DNA of 32,000 nt from Delftia acidovorans NBRC 14950 (GTDB lineage Bacteria; Pseudomonadota; Gammaproteobacteria; Burkholderiales; Burkholderiaceae_C), in the NCBI RefSeq assembly GCF_001598795.1, contig NZ_BCZP01000031.1, forward strand, positions 1 to 32,000, in the 5' to 3' direction. Positions 24,750 to 32,000 of this stretch are shown here, one piece after another. Below the pieces are notes generated by a model. The model was not told where the DNA came from, ran no database searches, and saw nothing but the letters and a program-made list of their open reading frames with translations. The first letter of the stretch is position 1. Each line of letters starts with the position of its first letter. Both the position numbers and the translations under genes were made by a program.

Positions 24750-25436
24750 ATGAAGATCCTGATCGTGGATGCCCACCCGCCGTCGGCGCAGTACCTGTGC
24801 CAGGGCCTGTGCCAGGACGGATTCAACGTCGATGTCGTGCATGACGGTCTGCAGGGCCGCAACCTGGCACTGAGCCGCGCCTACAGCCTGCTCGTGCTGG
24901 ATCTGGACCTGCCTGGCCAGAGCGGGCGTGCGGTCCTGCAGGACCTGCTCCAGGCGGGCGGCACGCCCACCATCGTGGTCACCGCAAACGACAGTCTGGA
25001 GGACCAGGTGTTCTGCCTGCAGAACGGCGCCGATGACTACCTGGTCAAACCCGTCAGGTTGCCGGTGTTCCTGGCCCGTGCACGGCTGCGGATGCGAGGC
25101 TCTGCCGGCCAGGAGGGCCTGCGCCTGACATTGGCGGATCTGGTGCTGGACCTGTCGAAAAAGCGGGTCGAGCGTGCCGGCCGGCGACTGGACCTCACTC
25201 GCCAGGAATTCGCCGTGCTGTGGCTGCTGCTGCAGCGCCAGGGCGATGTGGTCACGCGCGCCGAACTGGTGCAGCAGGTCTGGAGCCTGCCCGTCGATGC
25301 GCTGAACAACGTGGTGGATGTGGCGGTGTGCAGGCTGCGCAGCAAGCTCGATGATCCCTATGCGGTCAAGCTGCTGCACACGGTGCGCGGCATGGGCTAC
25401 TTGCTGGCGTTGCGCGACGGGGATCTGGCCAAGTAG
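24750..25436 (+). CDS. OmpR/PhoB-family response regulator (orphan; atypical acidic pocket)
   Basis: Receiver: MKILIVDAHPP...LLVLDLDLPG...IVVTAN...ADDYLVKP. Winged helix: LTRQEFAVLWLLLQ....V.TR.EL...VW......NVVDVAVCRLRSKL......TVRGMGYLL. AAGGA lies upstream of the ATG at 24750. Confidence 0.9.
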   Translation: MKILIVDAHPPSAQYLCQGLCQDGFNVDVVHDGLQGRNLALSRAYSLLVLDLDLPGQSGRAVLQDLLQAGGTPTIVVTANDSLEDQVFCLQNGADDYLVKPVRLPVFLARARLRMRGSAGQEGLRLTLADLVLDLSKKRVERAGRRLDLTRQEFAVLWLLLQRQGDVVTRAELVQQVWSLPVDALNNVVDVAVCRLRSKLDDPYAVKLLHTVRGMGYLLALRDGDLAK

Positions 25437-25494
25437 CCCTGATCTGCACTGCCCTGCTCTGCCCTGGTGCGCCCGCCGCCACAACGCCGGGCAT

Positions 25495-26502
25495 TCAGCC
25501 CAGCCACTGCCGGATGCGCCCCGCCAGCGCGTGGGCGCTGATGCCGTAGCGCTCATGCAGCGTGGGAAGGGCGCCCGCATCAAGGAAGGCGTCCGGCAGG
25601 CCCGCCAGCCGAAAGCGCGCGGGTCGCACATCACGCTCCAGCAGGGCGCCGGCCACGGCCTCGCCCAGGCCGCCCACCACCGAATGGTTCTCCGCCACCA
25701 CCACCAGGCGCGGCCCGCTGGCCACGGCCTGCACGACGGCCTGCACATCCAGCGGCTTGATGGTGGCGCAGTGCAGCACGGCCGCGCCCACGTTGTCCGT
25801 GGCCAGCAGCTGGGCGGCCTCCAGCGCGCGCATGGTCATGAAGCCGCTGGAGATGATGAGCACCTCGCGGCCCTCGCGCAGCATCTTCGCCTTGCCCAGC
25901 TCGAAACGGTAGTCGTACTCGTCCAGCACCAGCGGCACGTTGCCGCGCAGCAGCCGCATGTAGACGGGGCCGCGGTGCGCCGCGATCTGGGGCACGGCCT
26001 GGGTGATGTCCAGCGCATCGCAGGGATCGACGATGGTCAGCCCCGGCACGGCCCGCATCATGGCCAGATCGTCCGTGGCCTGGTGGCTGGGGCCGTAGCC
26101 CGTGGTCAGGCCGGGCAGGGCGCAGCAGATCTTGACGTCCAGGTTTTCCTCGGCAATCACCTGGTGGATGAAGTCATAGGCCCGCCGCGTGCCGAACACC
26201 GCATAGGTGGTGGCAAAGGGCGTCAGCCCCTCCTTGGCCATGCCGCCGGCGGCGGCCATCAGCAGCTGCTCGGCCATGCCCATCTGGAAGAAGCGTTCGG
26301 GGTGGGCCTGGGCGAACAGGTGCAGGTCGGTGTACTTGGCCAGGTCGGCCGTCATGCCCACCACATCGGGCCGGCTGGCGGCCAGCTCCACCAGGGCCTT
26401 GCCGAAGGGCGCGGCCTGTACGCGCTGGCCCTCGGCGGCGATGGAGGCAATCATGGCCGAGGTGGTCGGCCGGGGCTTGGGGGTGGCAAGAGGCATGTTC
26501 AT
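25495..26502 (-). CDS. Transketolase family protein, C-terminal (pyrimidine-binding) subunit
   Basis: ...FGKALVELA...PDVVGMTADL...T.......P.RFFQMGMAEQ....AAGGMA.EGL.PF..TYAVF..RRAYD... The start overlaps the upstream stop (ATGA at 26499-26502). Confidence 0.9.
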   Translation of the reverse strand: MNMPLATPKPRPTTSAMIASIAAEGQRVQAAPFGKALVELAASRPDVVGMTADLAKYTDLHLFAQAHPERFFQMGMAEQLLMAAAGGMAKEGLTPFATTYAVFGTRRAYDFIHQVIAEENLDVKICCALPGLTTGYGPSHQATDDLAMMRAVPGLTIVDPCDALDITQAVPQIAAHRGPVYMRLLRGNVPLVLDEYDYRFELGKAKMLREGREVLIISSGFMTMRALEAAQLLATDNVGAAVLHCATIKPLDVQAVVQAVASGPRLVVVAENHSVVGGLGEAVAGALLERDVRPARFRLAGLPDAFLDAGALPTLHERYGISAHALAGRIRQWLG

Positions 26503-27359
26503 GGCAGGGCGGGCTCCAGGGGTTGCGATGCGTCCAGGATGGATAGGGCCTGCTGCCACTCGGGCGGATCGACGCGGATGAAATGGTTCTTCTCGCGCTG
26601 CTCCAGGAAGGGCACGCCCTTGCCCATCAGCGTGTCGCAGAGGATGACGCGGGGCTGGTCCTCGGCCAGCGCCCGTGCCGCGTCGAAGGCCTGGACGACC
26701 TGGGCCAGGTCGTTGCCGTCCACGCGCTGCACATGCCAGCCGAAGGCGGCCCATTTGTCGGCCAGCGGCTCGAAGCCCAGCATGCGCATGGACGGGCCAT
26801 CGGCCTGCTGGTTGTTCACGTCCACCAGGCAGATCAGCCGGCCCAGGCCGTGGTGGGCGGCGGACAGCGCGGCCTCCCAGGTCGAGCCCTCGTCCAGCTC
26901 GCCGTCGGACATGGAGTTGTAGACAAAGGCATCGCTGCCCTTGTGGCGCAGCGCCAGCGCCATGCCCACGGCGATCGGCAGGCCCTGGCCCAGCGAGCCG
27001 CCCGAGATTTCCATGCCCGGTGTATAGCTGGCCATGCCCGACATGGGCAGGCGGCTGTCATCGCTGCCATAGGTCTGGAGTTCCTCGTCGGACAGGATGC
27101 CCGCCTCGGCCAGGGCCGCGTAGAAGGCGATGGCGTAGTGGCCGTGCGAGAGCAGGAAGCGGTCGCGGCCCTCCCACCCGGGCTCATCGGGCCGCAGCCG
27201 CAGCGCGTCGCCATAGGCCACGGCCAGCACATCGGCCCAGCCCAGGGCCTGGCCTATGTAGCCCTGGCCCTGCACCTCGCCCATTTGCAGGGCGCGGCGG
27301 CGTATGCGCCAGGCACAGGCCGCGAGCCGGTCCAGGCGCTGTTGCAGTTCTTGGTTCAT
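26499..27359 (-). CDS. Transketolase, N-terminal (TPP-binding) subunit
   Basis: ...GQGYIGQALGWADVLA..Y...L........W..RDRF.LSHGHYAIA.YA.LAE.G.....L.TYG.D.S.L......TPG.E.S.GSLGQGL..A.GMA.....K......VY...SDGELDEG..WEA...A.H..L..L...VD.N..Q.DG. Confidence 0.9.
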   Translation of the reverse strand: MNQELQQRLDRLAACAWRIRRRALQMGEVQGQGYIGQALGWADVLAVAYGDALRLRPDEPGWEGRDRFLLSHGHYAIAFYAALAEAGILSDEELQTYGSDDSRLPMSGMASYTPGMEISGGSLGQGLPIAVGMALALRHKGSDAFVYNSMSDGELDEGSTWEAALSAAHHGLGRLICLVDVNNQQADGPSMRMLGFEPLADKWAAFGWHVQRVDGNDLAQVVQAFDAARALAEDQPRVILCDTLMGKGVPFLEQREKNHFIRVDPPEWQQALSILDASQPLEPALP

Positions 27360-27392
27360 GCATCGTCTCCTCGGGATGGAAGGGCGCGCGGC

Positions 27393-28652
27393 TCAGCGCA
27401 GGATGCTGGCCGGCACATAGGACACCAGCGCCAGCACCGCCAGCGCCACCAGGTAGAAGGGAATCAGCTCGCGCACGGTATGGCCCACCTTGACCCGGGC
27501 CAGCGAGCTCGTGATGAACAGCGTCGTGCCCACGGGCGGCGTGTACAGCCCCAGGGCCAGGTTCACGACCATCATGATTCCCAGCTGGGTCATGTCCATG
27601 CCGATGCTCTGGGCCAGTGGCACGAACACCGGCGTGAGCAGCAGCACGGCGGCCGGCAGGTCGATGAACATGCCGATGAAGAGCATCAGCAGGTTCATCA
27701 GCACGATCACCAGCCAGGCCGAATGCACATGCGACTGCACCCACTGCACGATGCCGTCGGGCATGCGGTCGAAGGTCAGCAGCCAGCCGATGGCCGACGA
27801 GGCCATGATCACCAGCAGCACCACGCCCGTGGCCAGGCCCGCATGCACCACCGCATCGTTGAGCCGGCGCCAGCCCAGGTCGCGGTAGATGGCGGCCGAC
27901 ACCAGGCCCGCATACAGCGTGGACAGCACGGCCACCTCGGTGGGCGTGGCGATGCCGAAGCGCAGGAACACGATGATCAGCACCGGCAGCAGCAGGGCCG
28001 GGCTGGCGTACAGCAGGTGGCGCCGGAAGGCGGGCCAGGCAAAGGGCGTGGTGTCGCGCGGAAAGCCGCGCCTGCGGCCCACCCACCAGCACACGCCCAT
28101 GAAGCCCGCGCACATCAGCAGCCCCGGCAGGATGCCCGCCACGAACAGCGCCGCAATCGAGGCATTGGCGCTGAGCGCGAACAGGATCATGGGGATCGAC
28201 GGCGGGATCAGGATGTCGATGGTGGCCGCCGCCGCCAGCGTGGCCGCCGAGAACGCGGGCGGGTAGCCCAGCCGCCTGTGCCACGGGATCATCAGCGAGC
28301 CGATGGCCGAGGCATCGGCCACGGCCGAGCCCGACACCCCGCCGAACAGCGTGGACGACATCACCCCCACCTGGGCCGGCCCGCCGTGAAAGCGCCCTAT
28401 CAGCGCCGACAGCACGCCCACCAGGGCCTCGCCCAGGCGCCCGCCCATCATCAGCGAGCCGGTGAGCATGAAGAACGGGATGGCGATCAGCGGAAAGCTC
28501 TGCACCTGGGCCACCATCTGCTGCACCAGCAGGTCCAGCGGCACGCGGTCCGAGGTGGCGGCCGCCGCCATGGCGCCCATGAGCAGCGCGTGGGCAATGG
28601 GCATGGCGATCACGGCGCCCGCCATGAAGACGAAAAGCATGATGAAGGACAT
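27393..28652 (-). CDS. TRAP transporter large permease subunit (DctM family)
   Basis: 419 aa, polytopic. The ...IPFFMLTGSLMMGGRLGEALV... and ...GGVSGSAVADASAIGS..IP.M...GY... motifs are present. ATG at 28652 was chosen over the GC-rich 5' extension. Confidence 0.9.
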   Translation of the reverse strand: MSFIMLFVFMAGAVIAMPIAHALLMGAMAAAATSDRVPLDLLVQQMVAQVQSFPLIAIPFFMLTGSLMMGGRLGEALVGVLSALIGRFHGGPAQVGVMSSTLFGGVSGSAVADASAIGSLMIPWHRRLGYPPAFSAATLAAAATIDILIPPSIPMILFALSANASIAALFVAGILPGLLMCAGFMGVCWWVGRRRGFPRDTTPFAWPAFRRHLLYASPALLLPVLIIVFLRFGIATPTEVAVLSTLYAGLVSAAIYRDLGWRRLNDAVVHAGLATGVVLLVIMASSAIGWLLTFDRMPDGIVQWVQSHVHSAWLVIVLMNLLMLFIGMFIDLPAAVLLLTPVFVPLAQSIGMDMTQLGIMMVVNLALGLYTPPVGTTLFITSSLARVKVGHTVRELIPFYLVALAVLALVSYVPASILR

Positions 28653-28665
28653 GGACCTGCCCCCT

Positions 28666-29220
28666 TCACCAGTGCACGGCGGCCACGGGCCGCGCGGGTT
28701 CGGCATCGGCACTTGGGGCATCGGCCGCATCTGCAGCCCCTGCGGATGCCCGGTCCCCGCCCGCCATGCAGGCGCGCCAGGCCGACTGCAGGGCCAGCAA
28801 GGCCAGCAGCGCCATGCCCACCATCACGCAGCCATAGGTCAGCGAGCCGGGAATGCCCAGGATCTGGCTGCGCTCGTCATGCACGATCTCCAGCATGTTC
28901 AGCGTGGACCAGGCCAGCGTGGCGTACAGGGCGGCCACGGCCAGCCAGCCCAGCACGGCCGTGGCGCGCTGCACGCGGGCCGGCAGGGCCTCGACCAGAA
29001 AGCTGGTGGTGATGTGGGCACCATGGGCGGCGGCCAGCACCACGCCCGACATCACCAGCCAGGGAAACAGCAGCTCGGGCACCTCGTTGGCCCATTGCAG
29101 GCTGGCGCCGCTGGCATAGCGCAGGGCGGTGTTGCACACCAGGATCACGAAGATCACCAGGGTGCTGGCCCACAGCACGGCGCGGCACAGGCCCGTGACC
29201 AGGCGTTCGATGAGGTTCAT
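28666..29220 (-). CDS. TRAP transporter small permease subunit (DctQ family)
   Basis: MNLIERLVTGLCRAVLWASTLVIFVILVCNTALRY... with four hydrophobic helices. The gene lies between the DctP and DctM genes, with a 13-bp gap to dctM. Confidence 0.8.
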   Translation of the reverse strand: MNLIERLVTGLCRAVLWASTLVIFVILVCNTALRYASGASLQWANEVPELLFPWLVMSGVVLAAAHGAHITTSFLVEALPARVQRATAVLGWLAVAALYATLAWSTLNMLEIVHDERSQILGIPGSLTYGCVMVGMALLALLALQSAWRACMAGGDRASAGAADAADAPSADAEPARPVAAVHW

Positions 29221-29237
29221 GGATGGCTCCCTGCACT

Positions 29238-30239
29238 TCACTGCGCGCCTGCGGCCTTGACGACCTTGGCGATATAGGGGCCCGCAGGGCTGGCCAGCCA
29301 CTTGTCCTGCACCTTGGCCGTGGCCTGGGCGAAGGCCCGCGCGTCGATGGTGCTGACCTCCACGCCCTTGGCGCGGATGTCGTCCAGCAGCTTGTCGTCG
29401 GCCTCGCGCGCCAGCTGGCGCTGGTAGGCCGTGGCCTCCTGCGCGGCCTCGGTCAGCAGCGTGCGGTCGGCAGCCGGCAGCCGGTCCCAGCTGCGCTTGC
29501 CCATGATCAGTGGCGTCATCTGGAACATGTGGCCCGTCAGCGTCAGGTGCTTTTGCACCTCGTACAGCTTGCTGGCGTGGAAGTTGGCCAGCGGGTTCTC
29601 CTGGCCGTCGACCACGCCCTGCTGAAGGGCCACGTACAGCTCGGCGAACTTGATCTGCTGGGCCTCGGCGCCCAGGGCCTGGATGATGTCCACCAGCACC
29701 GCGTCGGGCGGCGTGCGCATCTTCAGGCCCTTGAGATCGTCCACGCTGCGCAGGGGCCGCTTGCTGTTGGTCATGTGGCGTATGCCGTTGTCCCAGTAGC
29801 CCAGCACCACCATGCCCTTGGCGGCCGATTTGTCGGCGAGCTCCCGGCCCAGCGGCCCGTCCAGCACCTGGAAGGCTCGGGCCGGCGTGGCGAAGAGAAA
29901 CGGCATGCCATAGGCCGCGTACTCGGGCACGGCCGCTGCCACCGCGCCCTGGGAATTGGCCGACAGGTCCAGCGCGCCCGTGCGCAGGGCCGTCACCATG
30001 GCCGCGTCGTCGCCCAGCTGGGCCGAGGGGGCGACCTGCACCTCGATACGGCCCGCGCTGCGCGCCTTCACCAGTTCAGCGAACTTCAGCGAGGCCAGGT
30101 GGCGCGGATTGTCGGGCGCCGCGCCGTGGCCCAGCGTGAGCTTCACGGCCTGGGCGCCGGCCAGTGCCGGCAGCAGCAGGGCGCAGGCTGCCAAGGCCCT
30201 TGCGGCCAGGGCAGCGCGTTGGAAATGCTTGTTCTGCAT
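29238..30239 (-). CDS. TRAP transporter substrate-binding protein (DctP family)
   Basis: RBS AAAGGAGA. Signal peptide ...LLLPALAGAQA. ...LTLGHGAAPDNPRHLASLKFAELV...GRIEVQV.PS.QLG.D..M...L..G.LD......KMRTP......GA....I.F.E.Y.ALQQG.VDGQENP. Confidence 0.9.
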   Translation of the reverse strand: MQNKHFQRAALAARALAACALLLPALAGAQAVKLTLGHGAAPDNPRHLASLKFAELVKARSAGRIEVQVAPSAQLGDDAAMVTALRTGALDLSANSQGAVAAAVPEYAAYGMPFLFATPARAFQVLDGPLGRELADKSAAKGMVVLGYWDNGIRHMTNSKRPLRSVDDLKGLKMRTPPDAVLVDIIQALGAEAQQIKFAELYVALQQGVVDGQENPLANFHASKLYEVQKHLTLTGHMFQMTPLIMGKRSWDRLPAADRTLLTEAAQEATAYQRQLAREADDKLLDDIRAKGVEVSTIDARAFAQATAKVQDKWLASPAGPYIAKVVKAAGAQ

Positions 30240-30313
30240 GGTCTTGTCTCCTTTGCTTTTTGGGGGGCCATGCGCGCCATGGCCAGGCCGGTGGGGTGCG
30301 GGTGAGGATGCAG

Positions 30314-31063
30314 TCAGTGGATGAGCATCCCGCCGTTCACATCGAGCGTGATGCCCGTGCAATAGCCAGCCAGGTCGCTGGCCAGGAACACGCAGGCGCC
30401 GGCCACATCGTCGGCGCGGCCCAGGCGTGCCAGCGGAATCGTGGCGGAGATCTCGCGCTTGCGTTCGGGGCCGAGCTTGCCCTGGGTGATATCGGTCTCG
30501 ATCAGGCCCGGCGTGACGCAGTTGATGCGTATGCCATCGCCGCCGAACTCGCGCGCCATGGCGCGGGCCAGGCCCAGCACCCCGGCCTTGGCGGCCGAGT
30601 AGTGCGGCCCGCCGAAGATGCCGCCGCCGCGCTGCGCCGAGACGGAGGAGATGCAGACGATGGCGCCCGCTTGCTGCCTGCGCATGGCCGGCAGCACGGC
30701 CTGGGACATGTACAGCGTGCCGCGCAGGCTCACGTCGAGCACGCGGTCGTAGTCGGCCCCGCCGATCTCCAGCGTGCCCACGGCCTGCGTGATGCCCGCG
30801 TTGTTGACCAGCGCGTCGATGCGGCCAAAGGCGCGCAGCACGGCGGCGGCCGCCGCCTCGCACGAGGGCTTGTCCGTCACGTCGGCCACCAGCCCCAGGT
30901 GCCCGTCGCCCAGCCGCGCGGCCGCGCCGGCCGGATCGGCCCGCTCCAGGTCGAGGATGGCCACGCGGGCCCCCTGGGCGGCCATCTGGCGCGCCGTGGC
31001 AAAACCGAGTCCGTTGATCCCTGCGCCGCCGGTGATGATGGCGACCCTGTCCTTGAGCAGCAT
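30314..31063 (-). CDS. SDR-family oxidoreductase (FabG-like)
   Basis: MLLKDRVAIITGGAGINGLG (TGxxxGxG), NNAG, and the S...YSAAK catalytic motif (HYSAAKAGVLGL). Confidence 0.9.
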   Translation of the reverse strand: MLLKDRVAIITGGAGINGLGFATARQMAAQGARVAILDLERADPAGAAARLGDGHLGLVADVTDKPSCEAAAAAVLRAFGRIDALVNNAGITQAVGTLEIGGADYDRVLDVSLRGTLYMSQAVLPAMRRQQAGAIVCISSVSAQRGGGIFGGPHYSAAKAGVLGLARAMAREFGGDGIRINCVTPGLIETDITQGKLGPERKREISATIPLARLGRADDVAGACVFLASDLAGYCTGITLDVNGGMLIH

Positions 31064-31225
31064 GTGCCTGTCTCCGCTGTAGTGGTGGTGGATGCAGCCA
31101 TCTTGGGCTGTCATGAGCATGAAGACAAACGATGTTTCATCAGCCTAAGATGACGGTTCTTCAGCTCACGTACGGGGTCTCCCGGGGTCTGCCCGTGAGC
31201 TGCCCGCGTCTTCGAGGAACTTGCC

Positions 31226-32000
31226 ATGGCATCCATTCCCAGCAGTGCCCACCTGCAGGCCTTCGAGGCCGTGGCGCGCCGGCGCAGCTTCGCGCTGGCC
31301 GCTTCCGAGCTGCACTTGACGGCCTCGGCCGTCAGCCACCAGGTGGCCAAGCTGGAGGCGCAGCTGGGCGTGCGCCTGTTCGAGCGCAGCGCGCATGGCG
31401 TGCGCCTGAGCCGCCCGGGGCAGGCCTACCTGGAGCGCGTCGGTGGCGCGCTGGCGGCCATCGTCTCGGCGACCGAGGACCTGCGCCACAGCATGAGCAA
31501 CAGCCTCTACGTGCACTGCGCGCCCAGCATCGCCAGCCTCTGGCTCATGCCCCGGCTGCGGGACTTTGCGCGGGCCTGCCCGCACATTGCGCTGAACCTG
31601 TCGGCTGCGCATTCGCACAGCGACTTCGCGCTGGGCCAGGCCGATATCGACATCCGCTACGGCATTGCGCAGTGGCCGGAGCTGGAGGTGGAGCCCCTGT
31701 TCGAGGAGCACATCCTGCCGCTGGCCAGCCCCGCCTTCGTGGCCGAGCATGGGCTGCAGCGCGTGCAGCAGTTGCTGCATGTACCGCTGATCCAGAGCAA
31801 CGTCAGCATCGTCCAGTGGTCGGACTGGTTCCAGTCGTTCTCGCAGCTGCGCGCGCCAGAGCGCTTTGCCGTGCGTTTCGACCGCGCCCAGATGTCGCTG
31901 GACGCGGCCACGCAGGGCCTGGGCGTGGCGCTGGAAAGCGCCATGAATGCGGGCGGCCACATTGCCGACGGCCGGCTGGTGGCCCCCTTCGGTGTGGACC
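31226..32000 (+). CDS. LysR-family transcriptional regulator (GcvA-like), 3' end off-window
   Basis: It is absent from the ORF track because no stop lies within the window. My translation from ATG 31226 is MASIPSSAHLQAFEAVARRRSFALAASELHLTASAVSHQVAKLEAQLGVRLFERSAHGVRLSRPGQAYL.... The gene is divergent from the SDR/TRAP/transketolase operon. Confidence 0.85.
   Translation, partial: MASIPSSAHLQAFEAVARRRSFALAASELHLTASAVSHQVAKLEAQLGVRLFERSAHGVRLSRPGQAYLERVGGALAAIVSATEDLRHSMSNSLYVHCAPSIASLWLMPRLRDFARACPHIALNLSAAHSHSDFALGQADIDIRYGIAQWPELEVEPLFEEHILPLASPAFVAEHGLQRVQQLLHVPLIQSNVSIVQWSDWFQSFSQLRAPERFAVRFDRAQMSLDAATQGLGVALESAMNAGGHIADGRLVAPFGVD

Overview
This is a high-GC chromosomal segment. My hand counts of 60-nt lines give 63-72% GC across most of it. 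It probably comes from a Burkholderiales/Comamonadaceae-type betaproteobacterium. That is an inference from a Bug/TTT solute-binding protein, a TRAP transporter, three LysR regulators and a Burkholderiales-style porin. I call about 31 protein-coding genes. I saw no rRNA, tRNA, CRISPR array, transposase or integrase.

The accessory part is the left 4.2 kb, which holds the distal end of a type VI secretion (T6SS) cargo-effector module. In order it contains: the C-terminus of a DUF4123-type adaptor; a translationally coupled 134-aa ORF; a 251-aa PD-(D/E)xK (VRR-Nuc-like) nuclease toxin; two tandem paralogous ~365-aa immunity-type genes (1129-bp period); and one more unknown ORF.

The most striking signal is a sharp codon-usage/GC switch from about 70% to about 45%. 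It begins inside the toxin gene just after the catalytic E-x-K codons and ends exactly at the stop codon of the second immunity gene. This implies a chimeric toxin whose C-terminal half arrived together with its immunity genes.

The remaining 28 kb is mostly core or catabolic:
- a YecA-like SEC-C protein and an XRE regulator
- a thiL / DUF4139 / pgpA / cinA operon
- a LysR-controlled AtuA-like / DUF4387 / Bug / lipoprotein cluster
- a cation:proton antiporter translationally coupled to ybdK
- a Gcr-type 'recombinase' membrane protein
- apaG, rpe, a CzcE-like protein and a porin
- a cytoplasmic Sel1-repeat protein followed by an orphan, atypical OmpR-family response regulator
- a split-transketolase / TRAP / SDR / LysR cluster

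All family assignments come from motif recognition by eye and need HMM or BLAST confirmation.
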